55,381 nt of DNA from Folioceros fuciformis (lineage: Eukaryota): contig JBNGIO010006379.1 in NCBI GenBank assembly GCA_049999805.1, positions 610,165-665,545 of the forward strand, given 5' to 3'. A program made the translations under genes and the position numbers. This document shows positions 33,736-42,425 of this stretch, one piece after another (positions within the stretch are counted from its first letter, which is position 1; the number at the start of each line of letters is the position of its first letter). The notes beneath the pieces were generated by a model. That model saw only the letters and a list, made by a program, of their open reading frames with translations. It was not told the origin of the DNA and did not search any database.

Positions 33736-33773
33736 TAGATGAGAATCGTCCCAGGAGTGAAGCACGGCTATAA
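30333..33773 (+). CDS. PLS-class PPR protein (~26 motifs), E1/E2 plus WW-type PG box, truncated (PPR2)
   Basis: Same architecture as PPR1; ends KQPGQSWWTDMDGLVHSFLVVDENRPRSEARL*. Confidence 0.95.
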   Translation: MAVWRMTGLLGRPLAQLTARKQMWAHKEAAGCSNLAAEPVRATGVLARIGFSIDQQLFREQLASGSALPQDGSQSQGAQNRESQQVLCLNDPYNSVGVHSKLAAGAPALGSSWRVPDDVVSEVTAATVRELCQQGQVSKAVEALGFLVHTGCHFSKALFYTVLKECMTRKDLPLSRRVHALSLKKGVESDMFLCNHILRMYSSHGRLQEALDVFTELAEPDAFVWSTIISAHVKQRQEKQAIQLYDRMRRTDVKPDSHVFIAALQACAMGGDLKSGQRVHAHLLASDVELNLYVSSCLVDMYAKCGSLQDAQRVFDGLPKKDVVTWSAMIAGYSQKGMGLEALHLFRAMQEEGIVAPDSVMFVSVLQACANVGISALEQGRQLHAQIRKRGLQSDVFIANSLVNMYAKCGSIEDAQGVFDTLRQKTVVTWSVMIAGYSQHSMVQEALLLYNAMQDDGAVTPDSVTFVCLLQACARLGGPALEKGKQLHAQIREQGLEVDAFLASSLVNMYAKCGTIGDARGVFDKIPQKNVVTWNAMISGYSQQGMGQEALYLYRDMQDEGIAAPNAGTFVPLLQACASVDTQALEKGRNLHAHIGERGLQDDVFVGNSLVNMYAKCGSLKDAKAVFDGLPQKDVVTWNAMIAGYSQRGMGQEALHLLSAMQDEGTDAPNSVTFVSLLQACASIGAQALDKGKQLHAELREQGFQDDVFVANSLVNMYAKCGSLEDAQSMFEGLSQKNVVTWNAMIAGYSQQGMGQEALTVYNVMKEEGVVAPDSVTFVCLLQACSCLGTSALEMGKQLHAEIRHQGLQADVVVGGSLVNMYAKCGSLEDAEDLFGRLSEKNVVSWSAMIAAYSQQGKGQEALNLYRAMQQEGTVALDCVTCVCLLQACVSVAALHVGRELHSQVQDQGLHTDITVGNSLINMYAKLGSMVDAQQVFDALPERDVFTWSTLIAGYTRQGSGDEVFDLVVRMREDGIQPDGITFLSVLTVCSHAGLVNRGREYFEAMSRDYGIIPSVEHCTCMVDLLGRAGQLDEALAVIRRLPVAPDAAVWHTLLSACSKWSNMEVGRQAFEEAVKLDKKDAAAYVLMSNIYTGAEMWEQAKEMQARRRREGAWKQPGQSWWTDMDGLVHSFLVVDENRPRSEARL

Positions 33774-33912
33774 CGACCATTTGCAGTGGGAAGCCGCCCC
33801 TTGAAGCAGCACGGCTGTAACAGCCTTCAACTGTCACCAGAGCTCCTTCAAGGGGCGGCTTCCATGCAAATCCTGAAGACCTGATTCCAGCAACTTCAAC
33901 TGGTAAATAACC

Positions 33913-34037
33913 GCGCTCCAGGCGGCCTGTCAAGCATGAGTCCGGGCGTTCTATAGTCGCACTCAAGTGACCAGAGAGGATGCCGGAAGGTGGCGGGTTT
34001 GTTCCCGAAGAAATTGAAGATGGCGAAGTCTGTAGCC
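33913..34037 (-). pseudogene. Fragment of a second DUF962/Mpo1-like gene
   Basis: GNKPATFRHPLWSLECDYRTPGLM, a frameshift, then LTGRLER. This aligns to [31 protein letters not shown] of the gene at 29070. The N-terminal half is missing. Confidence 0.78.
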
Positions 34038-34504
34038 AGGATATGCAATTGCCGATTCTCAGCCTGGAGTGTTGACTCCCAGACCTCGTCGATGCTCTCA
34101 TCTGCACGCTTAAGGTACCGCAACAGAGACATGCCATTCCTACCCCTTCTTTAGATGAGGGTTTCACGCCGGGCTGACTTCCTAGTGGTAGGCCGCTTCA
34201 CCTCTAGACTTCCTAGAAATTGGCTCTCGTGACTTGATAGTGTTCTGACACCTTTTCCTTTTGCTGACTGCTCTGATCCAGATGGTTGGAGCGTTGAGGA
34301 CATTCCATGCAGGTGTCTGCAGGCACACTGTTTGTACCAATAACAAAGGGAATCAGACAGTGCCGCGATCTGCCTTAGAGTACTCTTGTTTTAATGACGT
34401 ACGACCGATGTGCATGCACTCATGCGCATACAAGTGGAGAAACAGGAACCTGGGAAGTAGTACTACCACAGAGACTGGATTTGGTGGAGGTGGATACCGT
34501 ACGG

Positions 34505-36476
34505 CTATTGTGCTGCTCTGTGGTTGACACGCTCTGCCATTTCTTCGTCTTGCTGAATGAAAGTATCCGTAACACGGCCCGCGTCTCTCATGCCTTCAAC
34601 GTTATCGATGTAGAGGTAGAGCAGGAGGATGGAAATGATGATGACTATCAAGGCGTACACGAAGGCTGTCCTGAGGTTCCCAAACACTTGGTACAGCAGT
34701 GCCACAATCAAAGGTCCCAGCCACGAACTTCCTTTGGAGCTGAGTGCAAAGAGCGTAAACATGGCGGCCTCTTGCTGCACCGGAATGAGATCCACATACA
34801 GGGTTCTAGAGTAGGAGCTGAGGGCACCGAAGGAAGTCCCGTACCAAGCTGCGAAGATGAACATCTCCAAGCTGGTCTTAAGTCCCCAGGTGTCCCCACT
34901 GAAGTAGCCCAGAATTGCATACCCCGGCAAAGTGCCCATGAGAAGCAGGCCCAGCATAACCATGGTATTGTTGCTCCATTTCATCCTGTTCTGCACTAAG
35001 GCGTACACCGGGTTGCCCACGAATGCGAAGAAGCCAACCAGCACCACCAGGCCCACGAGCTTGGGTGTGGACATGCAGAGCTCCTGTTGGGCAAACAGGA
35101 CCCCGACTTGGTTCAAGGTGGTGTAGCCGTCGGAATAGACGAAGTAGATGAGAAGGTATCGGAAAGCGTACTTATACTTCCTGGACCCTCGCAGCAGGGT
35201 CCACACCTTCCGCCAGCCGAAGAAGAGTCCAGCGGCCGCAGGAAGGGGAGGGCCAGGCCTGTTCCTGACCCACAAAAAGCTGGGGATGGAGAGCAGAGCC
35301 CACCATACCCCGCCAATCACGCACGTGAGGCGGAGGACGAGATTGTCCCCGATCCCAGGAACAAGAGCCACGGTGAAGGAGAGCAAAATGCAAACAGCTC
35401 CCAGAGGATTTCCCACGTTTATCCCTGCCAGCGATATTCTATTCTCCGCCTGGACCCGAATCTCCACCTGCTTCTCCAAAGGCAGGTGCTTCGATTCCTT
35501 CACCTCCGGCAACGTGTCCGTGAGGGAGGGCAGGTAACTGTTGTAGCAGATGTAGGCTATTCCGTAGCACACATTGGTGAAAATGAGCAGGACCCCGGAC
35601 AGCCACCAAGTGTACGGCGAGAAGAGGCCGAAGCAGGCCACGCAGCCTGCCGCCCCGAAGGCAGTCGCCCACAGCCACACCGCCCGCCGCCAGTTCCCGT
35701 AATCGGTGAAGGGACCGTAGGAGATGAAGACCACGAGCTGGAAGAGGATAGAAACCCCGATGGCGATAGTGGTGAAGGAGACCGGGTTGAGCGGCAGCCC
35801 TCCAACATGGATCCTCAGATGCGGGAGGTCGTGGAGCCTGCACAACCCATTGACTGTTACAGCAGCATTCCCACACCCCTGAGCCCCCAGCACACACAGC
35901 AACAGTCGAGGCGACCCGAACAGGAAGCCTTAGGACCGCGAGACACTGTGACGGTCGTTCGCATTAATATTTCACCCCCGACGCGTACCCGGAAGCGTTG
36001 AAGAGCTGATCACCCTTCCCGGGCACGCACTTGGTGCAGTCGATCTTGATCGTGGAGTCGCAGGCAGGGGGGGTGTGCGACCCCAGCTCCTCCCAGGCCC
36101 TGCTGGTAACCAGAGTGAGCACCAGCAGGGGCAGGAACACAGGCAGCACTGACCCACTGTAGCCCGAGCTGGAGGCCTCGTAGAGATACCACCCCCACAG
36201 CTCCTTCTTGCTGGTCACAAGCGCACGTTGACACACCTCATCAGCAGGGCCTGCACCAGCGCGCGCTCGGGCACTCCCATCGCTTGCACGGGGCAACATG
36301 GGCTCCTCATCCCGAGCCGGAGGGGACCCGGATTCCGATCCCGCCGACGCTGCCCACCCGGGACTCCGCCCATCGTCCTGCTCCCCTTTCCCGTCCGCGG
36401 AGCTCCGAGCTCCAATTCGGCCCGATCCGGGCGCGAGACCTGGTCCGCCCTCCGACTCCATCGCCATCGGAAGCAT
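34505..36476 (-). CDS. ATG22: ATG22/UMF1-family MFS transporter (vacuolar amino-acid effluxer-like), 2 exons
   Basis: KKELWGWYLYEASSSGYS..LPVFLPL, a Cys-rich loop, NPVSFT..IGVSILFQ...TDYGNWRR, CYNSYLPSL, GGVWWALLS, FVYSDGYTT, SYSRTLYVDLIP..QEA.MFTLFALSSKGSSWLGP. One intron at about 35839-35987. Confidence 0.82.
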
Positions 36477-37148
36477 TCCGGAGTCGGGACTAACCGCAAC
36501 CCACCCGCACCGGTGGCCACATTCTGCGACTCCGATGTTGTGACTTTAGATTTAGTCTCCTTGAACATGTCTTCTTGCATTTAAGAAAGAGAATTATCCC
36601 CTCCCATTATAGTACAATCATGTATGTGTTTTGTCCTCACTCCTACCCTAGCCTACCCTACGCTATAAATAGACATGGCATCCCAATTTTGTAGTAAGCG
36701 TATGTGCATACGTACGCTGTACATACATACATTCTTGGATCGTTTTGCGATGTGCGAAGATGAGACGACGCAGGGTGCAAGTTCCCGAACCTTGAACCTT
36801 GGGAAGTGCGTCCGATAACGACTCAAAATACAGTGCACGGTTACCGTCAGCTTCGCGGCGGAGAAGCTCGTGTCTCGATTCGCCCTTCCTTCGGGCGTGC
36901 GATTCGGGCTTCTTCCTCGGAGATTCGAGTGCCGGTAGCATTGGCCTTGGGAAAGCCTGGGACATAGCTCAGAGCTTTGCCGGAGCCACAGACGAGTTTT
37001 AGTTAGATTCCGGGGGACGCACGTTTGCAGTGGGAGGTTTGGGGTTTGGGGTTTTGGGGTTTCTCCCGGCTGGGGCCATGCGGGACAGGCTTCCCCTTCT
37101 AGGTGCGAACGGCTTGGATGGTTGGTGCTAGGCTGAGATTGCGCAGGC

Positions 37149-38851
37149 ATGGCGCTTTCGAACACGCCTCAAGCGGCCGCGGGGCCTGCTGCTGCCGGTG
37201 CGTCTTGCTCGGCTAGGGAATCCCGCTGCCGTTCGTTTCTGGCTGTGCGCCAACGTTGGGAGGGAGTGTCGGGGTGTGGGCCGCGGCCCCAGGCTGAGCT
37301 CCAGGGACGCGGCCCGGCGCAACCTGCCGCGGCCTGGCCGCGGCGTGCGGCGGCGGGATTCGGCGCAGATCTTGCTCCCCTTCTTTGCTCGTCCGTCTTC
37401 CTGGGGGCCGGATGCGGCCGGCTCGGAAGATTCCGGTTTGCCGTGGAGGCCAAGAAGTCGAAGGATGGTGTGTCTGCGCCGGCGAGCAAGGTGCAGGAGG
37501 ATGCCGCTGCCCTTGAGCAGGTGGACCCGGACTTAGGGGTTTCGTGGATACAAGAAAAGGGGGAGGATATTGCGTTCTATGCCACCACTGCAGTGCAGGC
37601 CATTCCCGGGCCGAGAGTAGGTCAGAGCGGGTTGCCTTGGCTGGTGGCGGTGCCGCTGGCGTATGCTGCTATCACGTTTGTGCTGGCCGCGATCAAGACC
37701 GTCGCCAAGCTCTCTTCTCCGAAGGAGAAACGGCGGCGCCAGGTGGGTGTGGTTGGATGTCTCGCCTTGTATGAGTGCTGACAACCAGGGCCTTCACATT
37801 TTTTTTGCGACGCACTAAGGCTGGTCATTCAGTTCAGGGCAACGAATTCGAAGCACTGTCATTGGTGTGTGCCAGATTGGGAAAAATGCGTTTTTGAACG
37901 AAAAACTCAGTGAGTTCTTACCGACGAGGCGGCTCGAGTTAACGTCCGAAACCCTGACTTCGTTGGCGAAGAAGGTGATGTTTTGCTTCTTGCTGCTTAG
38001 AGCCGTCGGAACATGGTCAGGGGTCGGATGTACGCTGCTTGCTCCATGTCTGAGCTGTATATCAATCGATTTTTGCAGTGTGACTTTAGCAGCAGCGAAG
38101 TTTTGCGCAAATATATCCGGTATGCTCTGAATGAACGACCCTTCAATACAGATGCAGTGGCAGATCTCATTCACTTGAGAGCAGTTGCATCAATTGCTTA
38201 TGAGGAGGTTCCAGAGATTCTCAATGAGGTTTCACGGAGAATTGTGAAAGCAAAAGGTGACTTACTGTCGCTGTTTCTATGCTATATTTTTGGTGAACAA
38301 CTGTAACGCCATGGGATACCGTCAGTGCTTACCAACCTACTTATGTTGTTTGTCCATAGGACCTGTCATTATGGATACCAGAGGGTTTACTGCCAAGGGT
38401 TTGGAGAGGAAGATTGCAGTACAGGCTCTCTTCAAGAAGCTTTTGTACCTGTCAGAGGTATTTTTACGAGGCTGGAGACCCCATGTTATACTTCAAGTGG
38501 CTAGCTTACCCGATTTTTCTTGACCTTCTGCTTCCACTTTGCCTTATTTCCAGCTTGAAGATTTCTGTCCCGCAGCGGTTCGTGGTGGTCTTCAAATAAA
38601 GGAGATATTTGGTGTCACTGAGTACTGTCTTCTTCCCTTTGCACAAGTCTAGTATTTGGGTGAGTCAAAGGCGTTCATGGAATGTCGATCACCTGCTGCC
38701 TCACATCAGTGCTTGGAAATCTTGCAGTGAGGATGCCGATTCCATACGATTTGACACGTTATCAGAGCTTTCTGATGTGGATTCTCTCGAGAAGATGGTC
38801 AGTGCTGGAACTGGCACGGACAACGAAATCGTAGCAAACGAAGATACGTGA
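37149..38851 (+). CDS. Conserved chloroplast membrane protein of unknown function (At5g08540-like), multi-exon
   Basis: Ala/Arg-rich transit peptide, then PGPRVGQSGLPWL.AVPLAY (TM), EVLRKYIRYALNERPF, GPV.MD..GFT.KG..RK.AVQALF.KL.YLSE, IKEIFGVTDEDA. Confidence 0.82.
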
Positions 38852-39314
38852 CCGGTTACGCCTTTGACGACGGCTTTGACGACGGCTACGACGTGTCCTC
38901 CTTCTGCCTCTCTTCGACTGTAGGTCTTGATTGCCAAGGGACAGCTAAGTTGAGCACGGCAATTTCCTGCAGATACAGTGTTGTTGTAAAGGACAATTTT
39001 GTCAAAGAGTTCTGTGTATTCTGGTTTGCATGTAAATGTTGTCTAGCTCTTGTGGGGTTGGTGCTAACTTTGCCGCACATGAGGAGACATGGCTAGCTAG
39101 TTAAGTATGACCAGCTTTCACGGTTGTGTGGACTCCGGACTGCAACTCCAAGCTGCGGCCACTTCTCGAGAAAGCTGTGGTTGTCCTGTTGGGTATAGCA
39201 GTGTCTGTCACAAATTCGCAACAAAGAACATGGTTATGTAAGGCTTTTTCACCGCTTCCTCAGTGGAAGTCGATAAGCTCTGTGCCATACGAGTGTGCGT
39301 CTCCACCCTGGAAG

Positions 39315-40454
39315 TTAGGCAAAGGTGTCCAATCTTGGCTCAAACGAAATGCCCCTGAGCTGCCAGTTATCGTTGTCCGGTAGATGAGGGCTGTTCGGTA
39401 TCCACGCCCAGGATCTGTCGGTAAAGTTATAGAGTAAAGACGGTGCAACCTCGGAGACGACGAAGAGCAGCATATGGCCGCTGCCAAAGCAGAAGAAGTG
39501 CCTGGAGGGGAGAAGGAGAGTTATGAATTCGGTGCCCAGCCTTTCGGGCATCTTCTCCACCATAGCCCATGCCCTTTTAACAACATCCAGCTCCCACACT
39601 CTGATGGTAAACGAGTCGCCTGGTTCCTCGAACATACCGACCATGATGAGGCTCCCACGACATTCTGCAAGAGAGGGCGACACAATTTCTGGGGGCATTT
39701 GTACGGGGACTCTGCTCCAGCGCCCATCCTGGAGACTGTACGACACCAGACCCCAGGGTGAGAAAGTGAGGCAGTAGAACACTCCGTGAGCCCATAGAGT
39801 GTAGCCTGCACACAGCCTCCATGCATCTGACATGCTTGGCCACGGTGTACCTCCCACTGTCCACGAATTGGTGGTAGAGTCATAGAGTTCGGTTGCTAGC
39901 CTTCCGTTCTCTGCGTCATCGAAGAACCCAGCCACCACAATTTTGTACGCTCGTTTCCCCCTATCGTACGCCAGGCCTACCGTGTATATCGTTTTGATGA
40001 AGCGCATGGAAGGCAAACACCTCCATGTCCTCCTAAATGGGTTGTACGTGAACAGATTTGGCCAAGCAAAAAACTCGCTGCCATAGCACAGCAGTCCTTG
40101 ATTGGACGCGAGCACGCATTTTTCTGGAGAGATTAGGGGAATGGAGACATCATGCCACATGCGCGTGGTAGGATTGAAAGCCGACGACACGTTGCCGGAA
40201 GTGTACGTGATGAACCACGGCTTCTGACGAGAGCTAGCAGAATGAAGATGTGCAAAGTCTTCCGACATCACCAATTCATTCCATTTGTGGCATATCGTCC
40301 GCATCCTGAACAGAGAGTGCATTGGCAAATACGCAAGGATCCTTTCCATTATATGGTCAGGAAGGGCCCCCCACAGACGTTCTTCCATGGGGTGATCCTG
40401 GCCGATTGCACTAGAGGACGGATTCACCTCCTCGGTGACTTGTAAAAGTTCCAT
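39315..40454 (-). CDS. F-box protein with C-terminal F-box-associated/kelch-like propeller (intronless CDS)
   Basis: LWGALPDHIMERILAYLP..SLFRMRTICHKWN, ASNQGLLC, YNPFRRTWRCLP, TELYDSTTNSW, SFEPRL. Confidence 0.92.
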   Translation of the reverse strand: MELLQVTEEVNPSSSAIGQDHPMEERLWGALPDHIMERILAYLPMHSLFRMRTICHKWNELVMSEDFAHLHSASSRQKPWFITYTSGNVSSAFNPTTRMWHDVSIPLISPEKCVLASNQGLLCYGSEFFAWPNLFTYNPFRRTWRCLPSMRFIKTIYTVGLAYDRGKRAYKIVVAGFFDDAENGRLATELYDSTTNSWTVGGTPWPSMSDAWRLCAGYTLWAHGVFYCLTFSPWGLVSYSLQDGRWSRVPVQMPPEIVSPSLAECRGSLIMVGMFEEPGDSFTIRVWELDVVKRAWAMVEKMPERLGTEFITLLLPSRHFFCFGSGHMLLFVVSEVAPSLLYNFTDRSWAWIPNSPHLPDNDNWQLRGISFEPRLDTFA

Positions 40455-41027
40455 TCTGAATCATTTGGGCCTCTACCTACCTCCTGGATCGAATCGGGCA
40501 GGGCAGAAAGTGTAGAGTACCAGCAATCGCCAATTCTGCGTTGCATCTTGGGTTCTTGGTTGGTGGCAAAAGACTTGCCAGGGTGACCAGCAATCACTGT
40601 CCCCAACAGACTCGACAGGTTAGAAAGGGACGTGCAAAGGTGAGCCCTCAGCAGCAAAAGCTTTATCGCCTGCTATTTCATTGCTTCCTCTTCACAGCAT
40701 TCAATCCTACTTGTGGCCCAGGCGGAGTCGCCAGCGTAGCTGCAGGCCGCAGACTACGATGCGGAACTGAAAAGCCGCTTTCTGGCGAAGGAACAGCCGA
40801 TGGCATATCCTCCCAACTGGAGGAGGAGAAACCCACAGCAGAAACAGAGGAATCCAACAGCCATCCTCGTCGATCAACAGAAACAGATTTCTATAAATTC
40901 AGTTATATTCTTGGAAAGCCTTCCACCCGAAGGAGCACCCCTATAAGAGTCCCTGGGGCAGCAGATGCCTCTTGGTGGTGTGGAACATTTCTTACGTCCG
41001 GAAAGGAAGGGAGACATCGTCAAGCTT

Positions 41028-41035
41028 AAACCCTA
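41028..41035 (+). promoter_or_regulatory. Telo-box AAACCCTA upstream of the histone-fold gene
   Basis: Exact motif ~55 nt before ATG 41087. Confidence 0.4.
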
Positions 41036-41086
41036 GTGGATGGGTCAGTGGATTGCCGGAACTGTGTTTTTGGTGTGGGTTCAGGC

Positions 41087-41821
41087 ATGAGGAGCCAGGC
41101 GGAGGAGCCATCTCTGGAATCCGAGGCTGAACCCGAGTTCCCTTTGAGATCTACGGGAGGAAGGGCAGGCAAGTCCAAGTCTCGCACCAGCAACGGTACT
41201 TCTGTGGAGGACTGTCCCAGCCCGATTTCATCATGGCGCAACACTCCCAAGTCTGCCAAGTCGCCTGCTGCGCTCACTCTCTCCTTTCCAATCTCCAGAG
41301 TTCGCCGGCTCATCAAGAGTGAGGAGGACATCCAATGGGTCGGTGTTGAGGCTGGCTACCTCATCGCTAAGGCTGCGGTGGGTTGGAGTTTGCCTGCTGA
41401 TTGCGCTGGGAAGTTAGCCCCGCCTAGCAGCCGTTTCACTCCTTGCCTGTCATGAATTCTTGGCTTGCAGGATCTATTTCTGGAGAAGTTTGTAGAGGAT
41501 GCGTTTGAGAAGATGATTAAGGACAATCGGCTTTCACTGCAATACAAGGATCTAGGTTAAACTGCTTGTCTGCCGCTGCCCTGCCTTTTTGTGCCCTCGT
41601 ATGGTGTCTGAAGAATTTGTTTTCTTTGCAGTAGCTGTTGTCAACAGCCAGGAGAAGTACGAATTCATCGCAGGTTTTTGTCATTATTCTGTTGTTTTTC
41701 TCTTAGTTAGACAGCAGGTATCCATGCAAGCCTGATCGTGGTCTCGTTTGTGCCAACAGATTTTGTACCAGAGAAAGTTAGTGGGGCAACTGTTCTAGCT
41801 GGAAACCCCCCTTCAGATTGA
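41087..41821 (+). CDS. Histone-fold protein, DPB3/POLE4/NF-YC-like, 4 exons
   Basis: FPISRVRRLIKSEEDI..V..EAGYLIAKAA|DLFLEKFVEDAF...SLQYKDL|..VVNSQEKYEFIA|DFVPEKV. Confidence 0.85.
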
Positions 41822-42425
41822 AGTTCTCGGGTCTCTGTGTGTAAGGCATCCCCACTATCTCGCAATTACTCTCTTCTGTCCAAGGACTTCGCTGTCATTG
41901 AAGAGAAGTCTTCATCTGGCACAATCTTAGGGATTGGTTGCATCCAGTTTTTGGAAGCACAACCGCTTTTCTACTGCCACACCTTGCCAGTAGGTCTGCA
42001 ACTAATCCAGATACGTTGAATCTGGAGAACCAACAGAATTTGTGAATGCATAGCTATGGTTCCTTCAGTAAAGGCAATGAAGTGGATGAACCAATATGCA
42101 CAGGCTCCTAAGTTTGTAGCTTCCTGTTCTCCACTGGTGTCATGCCTTTCGTTACTGGATACAACCCAGCATCTTGTAGTTGATTTATTTGTAGGGGAGA
42201 GGAGTCATTAACTTTCGTACTCTGAAGTTTCACCTTGTCTGAGTGGAAGGAAAACTACTTCGATCACTTGTGCATCTGTAGTAACCATCGTTGCATTGTT
42301 ATGACCTCAAGGAATGAAACCTGGCAAGCAGCGAAGCGGCAGGTCCAGGCGTCTCTGCAGCGATCGCCTGGCTCTCAATCTTAGGAAGTCCGAGGACGAC
42401 GTGTAGCGACACGATTTCTAAAAGC

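Noticed and set aside
33367-34167. 266-aa minus-strand ORF
   Set aside because: Mostly antisense to PPR2. Only the short LTGRLER segment is meaningful, as part of the DUF962 relic.
35087-36001. 304-aa plus-strand ORF
   Set aside because: Antisense shadow of the GC-rich ATG22-like CDS.
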